Origin: Paraspadella gotoi
Taxonomy: Eukaryota > Animalia > Chaetognatha
Length of the DNA stretch: 64,000 nt
NCBI GenBank assembly: GCA_051294375.1
Contig: JBJCIZ010000239.1
Location: 3,113,476 to 3,177,475 of the forward strand
Direction: 5' to 3'
Shown here: positions 15,303-25,707 of the stretch, one piece after another
How the letters are laid out: each line of letters opens with the position of its first letter
How positions within the stretch are numbered: position 1 is the stretch's first letter
The notes under the pieces: generated by a model
Told to the model about the DNA's origin: nothing
The model's input: the letters and a program-made list of their open reading frames with translations, nothing else
Database searches by the model: none
Made by a program: the position numbers and the translations under genes

Positions 15303-15591
15303 ATGTAGTCGGGCATTGCCTAGGTTCACCTTGGCTAGAAGCATGACGCTTTCAGTTGTGACCCGGTGGTTCACTGAGTAAAGCCATCTGCTCATGACCA
15401 CTAGGTACCGGGTTCCATCCCAACCCGGTACCTACCCTGCGGGAAGCGTGAGGACGACCGTAAGCCGCCTTGGGGGCCTGGCAAACCCTCAAGCCTGGTT
15501 CCAAGCCCAGGGACCCGTTCCATGGCTGCTTGAAGGGGTTAAAGAAGTTACGGGCAGTCATCTTCAACCCACGTCGCGCCTTATCCACATA
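15303..15591 (+). mobile_element. SINE-like unit B, copy 2
   Basis: Aligns to 14896-15184 mainly with substitutions; contains a perfect 13 bp hairpin at 15402-15434. Confidence 0.55.
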
Positions 15592-15828
15592 TATGTACAG
15601 TTTAGATATATGTGTTCGTCGATGGTTCTAAATTTTGCTCATCGAAAAGCGAGATTCGATAGTTGCGATGTGAATCCTGAAGGTTTTGACTTTAGGCAAT
15701 GATTAGTTTAAATTAATTATCTTTTAAAAATTAATACAAGCGCCGAGAAAGAAAATTTCCAGAAAATTCATTAATAAGGATAGCTAACTGCTATATTCTT
15801 ATATGCTTATATGCTATAATACTTAAGG

Positions 15829-16075
15829 GAGTGGTCTTTTCATACAATTGAAACATTCTTTGAAACTTCATTGATAAGGAAGCCAGGTACTCTGGGAGTG
15901 AATAAACGAGACTGTGAGAGAGTCTTGATTGAAAGCTTGCAGGGACCTGCTATGTCATTATCTTGTAAGAGTGATGGAGGCCTTAAACCACCAAAGCCTG
16001 TCCAAAGTCAGGGGCAAGATAGCTTATTTATTAAATGAATGGATAATTTTTTTATATTGGTTGTACCAATTTCAT
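15829..16075 (+). mobile_element. Interspersed repeat A, copy 2
   Basis: Near-identical to the reverse complement of 24729-24981. Confidence 0.88.
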
Positions 16076-16554
16076 TCAAATCATGCATAGCTAATTGAAC
16101 TAAATTTGATGTAGTTTTAAAACGCGAAAAAAAAATCCCGCACTGGTTTACAGGAACAAGAAATAGTGATAGGCTACCAGGAGCTGCTCTAGGCGGCGGT
16201 ACTCCCTGAACTGACCGACTTACGGAAAATCCCACGTTGCTCTCACAAAAAAGAAAAAAACCCAATAAACCGACATACCGATACGGACCCACGGATCGAC
16301 GGACCGAAAGACTGTACGCCGATCAAAAGCGGCTCCGCCTTTGCCTCGGCGGCGAATGCGGCGGTTGTGGCGTGCGTGTGAAGGAGAGGCGACGGCGGCG
16401 GCGGCGGCGGCGGCGGCCATCACAGAAAGTCCAAAGCGCGTTCGACGTGATCCTCAAATCCTCGTTGAGGTCACGTGACCATAAAACAGAAGGCAGAGGG
16501 ATTTTTTTTTTTTTTGGAATATAAAGAATAATTTTTTTGGGAGGGTGGGAAGGC

Positions 16555-17178
16555 CGTATAGAAGGAGGCAGGGCAGGAATGAGGGAGGGAAATGGGATAA
16601 GGACGGGAGAAGGGAGAGGTTAGAGGGGGAGGCAGGGCAGGAATGAGGGAGGGAAATGGGATAAGGGACGGGAGAAGGGGAGAGGTAGAGGGGGAGGCAG
16701 CAGGAATGAGGGAGGAGAAAGAGGGAGACAGGTAGGAATGAGGGAGGGAAATGGGATAAGGGAAGGGAGAAGGGGGAGAGGTAGAGGGAGGCAGGGCAGG
16801 AATGAGGGAGGAGAAAGAGGATGCAGGGTAGGAATGAGGGAGGGAAAAGAGATGAGGGAAGGGAGAAGGGGGAGAGGTAGATGGGGAGGCAGGGCAGGAA
16901 TGAGGAGGAGAAAGAGGGAGGCAGTGTGGAATGAGGGAGGGAAATGGATAAGGGAAGGGAGAAGGGGAGAGGTAGAGGGGGGAGGCAGGGCAGGAATGAT
17001 GGGAGGAGAAATAGGGAATGCAGGGCAGAGATGAGGGAGAGGAAAGAGGAGGCGGGCAGGAGATGAGGGAGGGGAGAAGGGCAAGATGAGGGGAAAGGGA
17101 TGAGGGAATGAAGAAGGGGGGAAAGGTAGAGGAAATGGGGAAGGCAGGGCTGAGATGAGGGATGGGAGAAGGGCAAGA
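16555..17178 (+). repeat. Degenerate G/A-rich minisatellite (recurring gcagggcaggaatgagggagg module)
   Basis: Repeating purine-rich modules over ~620 bp with almost no pyrimidines on the + strand. Confidence 0.85.
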
Positions 17179-17834
17179 GGTCCTTTTTTTTTCCTCTTCT
17201 TTAAATATGATTTCTTAACTTTGTTTCAACATATCCCTACCTTCCTAACCTCTCGTCTCATTTCCTACCTCGATGACTTACCTGTTCCTCACCCTATATT
17301 CCCTTCCATCAACTGTTTTTTTTTCCCAATTCCAAGGAATTTCCCACATTTTTTTTCCTTCTTCACTCTTTTTTTCACAGAAGCGGGTGAGAATCGAGGG
17401 CTGAGGAGTCGCCGTCCGCCCGAAGACTCGAAGACTCTGGTCGTCGTCGTCGTCGTCGTCATCGTCGACGAGCCACTTGAGCGACCATCGAAGCGAAGCT
17501 GAGATTTTTGAGTGGCGCTAATCGAGTGAAAAAAAAATGGTAGCAGAAATTTTTATCGATGATGATGACGATGATAAAGTATTATGACGATTATTAAAAT
17601 GATTTGTTAGTCTGTTTAAAAAAAACAAAACTGGTCTTTATAATTAAGAGGCTCTGCCCTGTCTTTTGTTGTTTTTTTTTTTTTCATTGATACGGTTTGT
17701 TTTAATTGTCTAGATATTATTTTGCATTTTTGCGCTCTTTTAATATTAGTTTTAAGACTCTAAAATGACCGAAATTTTTTTCCACTGATCCGTTTTCCTT
17801 TTGGAAAAGCGAGGTTTATGATTGTTAACTCATT

Positions 17835-18017
<183 letters not shown>

Positions 18018-18183
18018 TATCACTAAGCATAAATTTCAAACTTCGAAGCAAAGTGACGCGATGATTTTTAAAAAAAAGTTTAATTCCATCCTTTACCCGG
18101 AATTAAAACTTTTACCCCCTAAAAAAAAACAAAAAACAAAAACAAAAACAAAAACCCAGAAAACAACGAAAACGAGGCTAAAA

Positions 18184-18370
18184 ATGTTTTTTCGTCTGCT
18201 CGTCCTCGGTCTGCTCGTCCCTCTCGTCTTTTCCATCCCGTCGGAGGAGGTGGGCGTCGACGAACAAAGAGAAAACTCTAACGATTGCAGATCCGGAAAA
18301 TTTTGCCGAGAGACGGTTCATAGAGGAGCGATGAAGACGTTCAACTCCGAGGGCTGCTGCAAAGGCTCCA
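18184..18370 (+). CDS. Small 8-Cys secreted/GPI-type protein, paralogue A, exon 1
   Basis: ATG 18184; signal-peptide-like MFFRLLVLGLLVPLVFS; then DCRSGKFC...FNSEGCCKGS; donor CCA|GTGAGT, phase 1; homologous to 19630-19825. Confidence 0.75.
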
Positions 18371-18740
18371 GTGAGTAGGGAGAGGTTGTAAGGGTTGTAA
18401 GGGTTAAGAAAGAAGGGTAGAAGGGCGGAGTGGTGTCGATTGGGATAGAAAGGGGCAACCGCGGACGAAAGAACTTTTTAAAAACGATATATAAAATGAA
18501 AGCGAACGGAATNNNNNNNNNNGATGAAGCAGATTAATTAGTTGGAAATTTACGAAGAAGACCCGCGTGATTGTCAAATAGTCCTCCCCCCGACCAAACC
18601 TGAAATACTTCGGGATCAGGATAGCTTCTTTATTAATTGAAAACCAAAAAAAAAAAATTTATTTCACCATGTACATTGTACAATACTAATAAAATACATT
18701 TAAAAAAAAACGGGAATAAACGAAACGAAACCGAACACAG

Positions 18741-18922
18741 GTTTCGAAATTTCGTTTTGCGCCGAACAATGCACGGATTGCGAAAAAGTCGGCGGAACTT
18801 GCGACAAGGGTGCATCCAAACCGTCGGGGTCTCGAGCGAACAAGGAAAGGAAGGCGAGCGTCGTCGTCGTCTTCATCTTCTTATTCTTCTTCGTCGTCGA
18901 CGGAGCGACGCAAGGAAACTGA
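18741..18922 (+). CDS. Small 8-Cys protein, paralogue A, exon 2 (total 122 aa)
   Basis: Acceptor cacag|; reads SFEISFCAEQCTDCEKVGGTCDKG...ASVVVVFIFLFFFVVDGATQGN*; Cys spacing identical to paralogue B exon 2; hydrophobic C-terminus. Confidence 0.72.
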
Positions 18923-19629
18923 GTTCTTCTTCAAAGGAAAGTCGGGCCTTCGGCGCTGAAACTGTTTTGGTTGCAGCGCCGTGACGATCCGCTTTAGAAC
19001 CGCAAATTCGCTTCGATCGATTGGCAATATTCTGCGATGCTGCTGGTGGCGGGGGGGGGGGATGCGGAACTCCGACTTAACTAATCAGGCGGTAGACAAG
19101 CTACAGTCAGGCGACATACAGGCGGCAGACAGGCGGCCGAAACGGTTTCAATATTTTTTTTTTTCGTCATTCGTTTTATTCACATTCGATGAATTATGTT
19201 TCAATGTTAATTACATGTTTCCGTCTTTCTCATATAGGTTGTTTTTCACATTAAATGAGTTTTACATTACGGCTTCTCGGTATCTCTTGAAAACGAACTC
19301 CATATAATTAAAGAACAAAAAAAGAAAATAATATTTAGCATTTAGCACAATTCGTAAAAAATAACTTAAAAACCGAAGAAAAATACTAATTTCTACGATA
19401 CGAGTGCATTAAATTAAATTGATATTTATTTAGTTTTATACATTTATATATATATTTATATATTATATTTATTTATTATATTTATATATTTATTTCGATT
19501 TAGCATTAAAGGCTCTTTAAAAATTCTTGCTTTAAATAAAAAATTTAAATTAAATCTTTTCTTTTCTTTCTTCATCTACTTTAGTTTGTTGGCGAAGCGA
19601 AACTAAGACGCTACCTCAATAGCGAAAAG

Positions 19630-19630
19630 A

Positions 19631-19663
<33 letters not shown>

Positions 19664-19825
19664 ATCCCGTCCGCTTCTTCCGCTGCATCCTCTTCGTCGC
19701 GGTCTTTGTCCGCTGCCGCAGCGAAGAAACTAACGCTTGCCTCACCAGCAAATTCTGCACGGAAAATAAGCAAAAGGACGGCGAAGGCAAAGTCTTTGAT
19801 TCCGAGGGATGCTGCAAGGATCCGA
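19630..19825 (+). CDS. Small 8-Cys secreted/GPI-type protein, paralogue B, exon 1
   Basis: ATG 19630; hydrophobic leader FFRCILFVAVFV; NACLTSKFC...FDSEGCCKDP; donor CGA|GTGGGT, phase 1, at the same position as in paralogue A. Confidence 0.75.
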
Positions 19826-19989
19826 GTGGGTTCCGCAATGCATTCGCTCGCTGCTTGCTACGTGTGTCGACGGATTTGTGCCGAACTTGTCGGGCCGCTG
19901 GTTGTCGCGTGTGCTAGGTGTTTCTTTTTATCACCGACTGCGTGCTGCATTTACAGCCGGTTGACGGATGGAGGTATCCCTGTCTTATT

Positions 19990-20240
19990 GCTGCTATTGG
20001 TCGCCGGTTGTAGGCTGCATGTGTCGTAGTCTGATTGCTGCATGTGTCGCCGGTTGTGGGCTGCATGTGTCGTAGTCTGATTGCTGCATTGGTCGCCGGT
20101 TTCGGGCTGCATGTGTCGTAGTCTGATTGCTGCATGTGTCGCCGGTTTCGGGCTGCATGCGTCGCTTGTTGCGGGCTTCTTGTGTCGTAGTCTGAACGCT
20201 TCATGCGTCCCTTGTTGCGGGCTGCATGCGTCGCCGGCTG
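19990..20240 (+). repeat. Intronic minisatellite of alternating ~23-24 bp units (gctgcatgtgtcgtagtctgatt / gctgcatgtgtcgccggttt)
   Basis: About 10 recurrences of gctgcatg(t/c)gtcg-like units seen directly. Confidence 0.88.
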
Positions 20241-20310
20241 AATCGCCTCGAGTGTGACGTTGTCTTTCTGTATGAAGCCCTATTCGTTCTCTGTCTCCCT
20301 TCCGTCTAAG

Positions 20311-20477
20311 ACGTCGAAGCTCCGCACTGCATCCGAACCTGCAAAGAGTGTACCGACCTCAAGGGAGAATGTCTCGGCGAAAACGGAAGCTCGAAAAAAG
20401 CTGGAGCCAACAGGGCGACGCTTGACGCCGTCGTCGTCGTCCTCGTCGTCGTCGGAAGAGTCTTCGTCGATCGAATG
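20311..20477 (+). CDS. Small 8-Cys protein, paralogue B, exon 2
   Basis: Pyrimidine tract then ctaag|; reads NVEAPHCIRTCKECTDLKGECLGENGSS...AVVVVLVVVGRVFVDRM; candidate donor ATG|GTAAAT. Confidence 0.7.
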
Positions 20478-20846
20478 GTAAATAAACAAAATAAAATAAA
20501 CCCCCCCAAAAAAACAAACAAACAAACAAACGAGCGAATGAAACAAATAAACGAAGTTAATTTTATGGAGTTTGTCGTGAAGACATCTCATTGCATGGGT
20601 TTGGTTGGTAATCAGATAGAATTTCTTCGTGGGAGTTACGAGTGCATTTTAAAAAATTTTTTGACACTCTGGCATCGCACTCCATCGACGAGAGTTAGTA
20701 TATATATGGTGATTTTTAAAGTCTAAAATAAAAAAAAAATGTACTTGTAACTCCGACAAAAAAACTCTATTTTTAAATCTAATTTTATTTTTCTGGACTA
20801 GATAAATAATAACAAATAAGAACATCGATTTATTTTCTTACACCAG

Positions 20847-20861
20847 ATACGCTTCGTGTGA
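20847..20861 (+). CDS. Possible short terminal exon of paralogue B (IRFV*; total 125 aa)
   Basis: Acceptor ttttcttacaccag|ATACGCTTCGTGTGA in phase 0; the alternative is read-through of exon 2 to the stop at 20726. Confidence 0.35.
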   Translation: MRFV

Positions 20862-21009
20862 ATTGCTTTTCGGAGAAGCTGAGAAAACTTTACGCCACTC
20901 TGTAATTAACTCGACGCGTTCCATTTTCTTGCGGCAAAGAATTAACATTAACAATGTTTCTAATTTCTATTTCATTCTTGAGTTCAGTCATTAAAATTTA
21001 TCCCGAGTA

Positions 21010-21908
21010 CAGTCCTGTGCAAAAAAAAAACGCGCCACTTTATAACTTTATATTTCAGACACAATAAAAATATTTTTAAAAATTATATAAAAAATAAAAT
21101 TGATTAAAAAAAAGAATTAATGTGACTAAATTTTATTACAATTGGTCAAGTGGTTTAGGAAGTATGATTGTTTAAACTTGAGTGTTCCAAAACCAAATGG
21201 GAAAATCGACATTTTTGATCTATACAGATTTTTTTAACTAGAAAAACTACAAATGAAAAAAGCGGTCATGTGTGGTTGTGAAAAAGCTTTTGACATTCGA
21301 TTGCTCAGACACATACTCCAATGTCTATATCTGTAAGATGTACTGAATTTTTAAAACATTTTATTTTTTTTTATAAAAATATATCTTGAAAGTCAGCAAG
21401 CTGGACTACTGGAGAGTTAAAAAATAAAAAACGTCAATGTTTTTTAATAAAAATCTGAAGTCAGATAATTTAGCCATAGTATTTGACCATTTATCATTTA
21501 CTCCTATTTGAAATCCGTGTAAAAGCTTCAGAATCTTGGACCTATCTTTATCTTACGTTATAATTACCTTAAGATTATATTAAGGGATCAGGGGCAATCT
21601 ATTTATCCAGCTATCCCTCCGGACGTTCTATATAATTTTTTTATTTTTAATTTATTTTAAGTATTGTAAAATATCAGAAGAAAAAAGAGTAGTCTGAATT
21701 CTATCAGATTATTTCTTGTTCAGCTTTGTACTTCATTTTAAAAATCACTGCTCCTAAACGGATGGCCCGATTTAAATAAAATTTATCCCAAACTTATCAT
21801 CTTTCAATAAACTATATCATTTTTAAATTTTTTAAAAAAATTCAAGTTTATCGGGTGATTTTTAAAGTCTGAAATAAAGTGGCGCGTTTTTTTTTGTGCA
21901 CAGGACTG
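21010..21908. mobile_element. Non-autonomous Tc1/mariner-type DNA transposon (MITE), ~900 bp
   Basis: Terminal inverted repeats cagtcctgtgca(a)ncgcgccacttt ... aaagtggcgcg(t)ngtgcacaggactg, flanked by TA at 21008-21009 and 21909-21910; AT-rich interior with no transposase ORF. Confidence 0.88.
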
Positions 21909-22050
21909 TAGTACGATTGTTTTGACTTGGTTTTTACAATTTACATTTTTTTTACGTATAATATGAATAGAAAAGAGCGAAAGAAAAAAAGAAGAAACTC
22001 TCTTTCTTTTTCCACCCACTCGCTGGCGACTCCAAATTCAGTTCCACTAT

Positions 22051-22107
<57 letters not shown>

Positions 22108-22409
22108 TCTCTCTCTCTCCTCTCCTCTTTCAAGATATTCTCGATCGAGAAAAAAAATTCACGATCGAAATGGGGAGATCTTAAGCGGCGCGGCGACGGC
22201 GGCGGCGGCGGCGGCGGCTGCGGCGGCGGCGGCTGCGGCGCGATTGACCCCAGATCGATTGGATCCCATCGTCACTCAACCGCGAAGATTTTTCTCGGGT
22301 AAGTTCGATCGTGGCCGTCGGTGGCGGTGGCGGGGTGGCGATGGCTCGAAGGCGCGGAGTGGACAGTGAAGATTGTGGTGAAATCGGGAGTGAGCACGAG
22401 CTGGGATGG

Positions 22410-22508
<99 letters not shown>

Positions 22509-23291
22509 TTCCTTTCTCCATAAAATTGACTTTTGTATTTTTGTGGCCAAAAGATAACCGTTATGTAAATTGTAACGTAAAATTTTTTTTCATTGAAATT
22601 ATAAATTATTTTCTTTTAGATTTTCTAAAATGGCGACGACCTCCTGCGTTGACAATTTGACGTCGTTGTCGTTTATCGTCGTCGTCATCGTCGTCGTCTT
22701 CAAATCGAAGTTTTGACGAAACGACATTGTCCCAAGTTACGGAGAAAACGATTTCGTAATGGAAAAAGTCGAGTCACTTTTGAAATAATTCAAACAGTTT
22801 CTGAATGCGACCGCGCGGTGACAAAATTCTCTGATTTTCGCCGACTTCTTTCTATTGTTTTTTTTTTTCTGTTACGAGAAATGTAAACTTTTGAAAAATG
22901 ATTACCTCATGGCTTACACGTAGCTAACCGACACATATAACTTAAAATTGCTTATTCGAAGAAAAAAAAAAGACAATGGAGAAAAGAGAGAAAAAATTAA
23001 ATTTCATTTATTTAAATACAAGAATGAATTAGGACTAAACGGTGAACTTTCCTGTTTTTCAAACGATAAGAGTTATTGTAATTATTGACACTAACAGCGA
23101 CATTTAATGGGTATTTTTAGTCAAAAATCAAACCAAAATAATACAAATTTTATCGTAAAAAAAAAAATAAAACGAATCGAAAACCAAGAGTTTAAACTTT
23201 TCTTTTTTGTTCAGCGAAGATTTTCGCTTTTTTGACGGATGAAGAAAGACGCGCGGACGTACGCGTCAAAGAAATTGCACCGTCTCTTCTC

Positions 23292-23327
<36 letters not shown>

Positions 23328-23564
23328 CTCTCTCTCTCTCTCTCTCTCCATCTGGACACTCTAGCCCAAAGCCCGTTTTCCTTTATGTGACAATCATGCC
23401 AAACTCTCTCTCTCTGTCGTCCTCGTTCGGTCTCACCTCTCTCTCTCTTCCTATTCCTGTCTCTTCTCTCTCTCTCTCTCTCTTCTCGCATTCCCCATTC
23501 CACCGTGACGTATCTGCCCTCTCCCTCGTCCTCTTCCCTTCCCTCTTTCCTCTTCCTCGTCTCC

Positions 23565-23648
23565 TCAGAGATTTCGGTCGGGAAGCGAGAGCGCCTTGAA
23601 TTGTGGTCCTACGAAGGACCGGAGTTGGACCGTTCGACTCTCGATTTC
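23565..23648 (-). CDS. Three-finger (LU-like) type-I membrane protein 1, exon 4 (cytoplasmic tail, stop)
   Basis: Acceptor aaatcag|; EIESRTVQLRSFVGPQFKALSLPDRNL* in phase 0. Confidence 0.55.
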   Translation of the reverse strand, partial: EIESRTVQLRSFVGPQFKALSLPDRNL

Positions 23649-24050
23649 CTGATTTTTTTGGATCGATTGCGATTGATTGATCGATTTGATCGATTTATCG
23701 ATTGATTTCATCGATTTGATTAATTTTTTTGTTAATTTAACGTTTAATTCGATTGATTTTATTGATTTATTATATCTCATTGCTTCGATTTGATGGATTT
23801 AATCAATTATTTTTATTTTATTATCTTTAGCTTTCAACGAATTGCGTTGGAGGAAAAAAGCCTGGGCTTGGAGAGAGGGTAGAGGGGGAGACAGAGAAGA
23901 GAGAGAGAGAGATGAGAGAGAGAGGAGAGAGAGAGAGTGTGAGGACGAGATGATGTGTCGAGAGAGTCAGAGGAGAGAGAGAGAAGAAAGAAAGAAAGAA
24001 AGGAAAAAAGAAAGATCAAGAAAGAAAGAAAGAGAGTCCAGCCCTCTCAC

Positions 24051-24182
24051 CATTTGGTTGTGATCCACGTGGACGGCGACGCAATACGTGACGATGACGA
24101 TGACGATGACGATGCCGACGAAAATCCCGATTCCGATCGTGAGAGCGTTTTGTTTCGAGTACGATCGTTTGTTGCAGAGATC
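24051..24182 (-). CDS. Three-finger membrane protein 1, exon 3 (DLCN plus TM helix)
   Basis: Acceptor ccaccag|; DLCNKRSYSKQNALTIGIGIFVGIVIVIVIVTYCVAVHVDHNQM; donor ATG|GTGAGA. Confidence 0.75.
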
Positions 24183-24548
24183 CTGGTGGGTCACGTACGT
24201 TCCCGTTTGACTCACTCAATCAAATCTCACGCTAGAAATCACATTTTTACCCAAGCAATATCCGTCGGGTTAAGAGCGAGCATTCTTTCTACCCATCGAG
24301 CCGCACCGGCTTCGCTGCCGATCGCGCAACGTTGCCAACAGGATGTCTCAATGTCTCACCGAGCCGAAGTCGTTTTCCCATTTCGCCCGGAGATCTAACT
24401 CGATTCCAGCCCGTCGTTTACTTTTTCCCCCCGAGCACCACTTCGGCGAAACTTTTTCCCCCGTCCTTTCCAACAATCACGCGGACCAACTCGTTCGGTA
24501 ATCTCTCCCACACCGCCCCGCCCCCGCCCCCGCCCCCTCCTCCCAAAC

Positions 24549-24674
24549 CTCCACACAGAAGAGTTGCTCGCAGTCGGTTTTAGTCGAATTCGCGAATCTG
24601 GATTTGACTTCTTCGCAAAAGTCGATGCCTTTGCGAACGCAATGGCGGACGGTAAGTGTGTCCGTGTTGCTCCC
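24549..24674 (-). CDS. Three-finger membrane protein 1, exon 2
   Basis: Acceptor cgacag|; GSNTDTLTVRHCVRKGIDFCEEVKSRFANSTKTDCEQLFCVE; donor GAG|GTTTGG; phase 0 at both ends. Confidence 0.72.
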
Positions 24675-24728
24675 CTGTCGGTGTTGGACGGTGACGTACA
24701 ACTGTGCCGGTTAATAATGACAATGATA

Positions 24729-24981
24729 ATGAAATTGGTACAACCAATATAAAAATTATCCATTCATTTAATAAATAAGCTATCTTGCCCCTGACTTTGG
24801 ACAGGCTTTGGTGGTTTAAGGCCTCCATCACTCTTACAAGATAATGACATAGCAGGTCCCTGCAAGCTTTCAATCAAGACTCTCTCACAGTCTCGTTTAT
24901 TCACTCCCAGAGTACCTGGCTTCCCTATCAATGAAGTGGTATAATATTTCAAAGAATGTTTCAATTGTATGAAAAGACCAC
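24729..24981 (-). mobile_element. Interspersed repeat A, copy 3 (most complete), in intron 1 of three-finger gene 1
   Basis: Reverse complement of 15829-16075 and 14616-14843. Confidence 0.88.
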
Positions 24982-25169
24982 CATAATGTGTGACATAATC
25001 GCAATAGCGAAGACCCTCCATCTCACACACACACACATCGACGCAGCATTCCATTCACAATCCCTTCACAAAATCTTCCTACGCCCTCATTTACCAACGA
25101 CGGGGCCCGTAATCTCGAACACAATTCCACCGACAATCTCTCTTACGATTCCACCTTTAATATTTCTCA

Positions 25170-25445
25170 TCAATCCCTTTCCGCCACAATCCCCATCGAC
25201 TACAATCCCCTTCGACCATAATCTCCTTCCACCACAATCCCCTTCCATGACAATCCCCTTCGATCACAATCCCCTTTGGGCTACATATCCCCTTCCTCAA
25301 TCACAAATCCCCTTGCGCACCACAATCCCCTCCACCACAAATCCACTTCCACGCACAATCCACTTCCACCACAATCCTTTCACCACAATCCCCTTCCACC
25401 ACAATCCCCTTCCACCACAATCCCCTTCCACCACAATCCCCCTTC
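25170..25445 (+). repeat. ~16 bp minisatellite (ccacaatccccttcca)n in intron 1 of three-finger gene 1
   Basis: Repeated acaatcccctt units seen directly. Confidence 0.85.
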
Positions 25446-25473
25446 AAAATTCCAGCCCGCATAACCCTCTCAC

Positions 25474-25707
25474 TTCCAGGCATTGAGGTTCCTTCTCCGA
25501 CTCGCAGGTTTGCTCCCTCGCTGAGACTCCCGGCTTAAGACACAGACTCGCGTCGTCGGCCTCGCAGATTTTTTCGTCCCAACACACGAGGCCGTTGGCG
25601 AAATGGGCGCGGTGCGTCGAAGGCGAGAGCGGCAGCAGCAGCGGCAGCAGGAGTGAAAGGAAGAGCGAAGGGGACCACGGAAGCGGCGTCGGGAGGCGTG
25701 GACGCAT
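25474..25707 (-). CDS. Three-finger membrane protein 1, exon 1 (signal peptide, Cys1-5; total 191 aa)
   Basis: ATG 25707; hydrophobic leader LFLSLLLPLLLPL; GLVCWDEKICEADDASLCLKPGVSAREQTCESEKEPQCLE; donor GAA|GTGAGA. The joined ectodomain has 10 Cys and ends C-x4-CN. Confidence 0.72.

Noticed and set aside
15829-16075. Hammerhead ribozyme in repeat A
   Set aside because: No CTGATGA...GAAA catalytic core with flanking stems could be found by eye
16140-16480. GC-rich exon-like segment (e.g. EYRRLEQLLVAYHYFLFL* on the - strand)
   Set aside because: Short frames on both strands with no consistent splice model or recognisable homology
19826-19917. Cys-rich read-through of paralogue B exon 1 (…RCLLRVSTDLCRTCRAAGCRVC*)
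   Set aside because: The spliced exon at 20311 matches paralogue A Cys spacing exactly, so the read-through is judged intronic; intron retention cannot be excluded
24360-24394. Possible micro-exon (ttag|...|gtgag) in three-finger gene 1
   Set aside because: 35 nt would shift the frame and split the C-x4-CN motif
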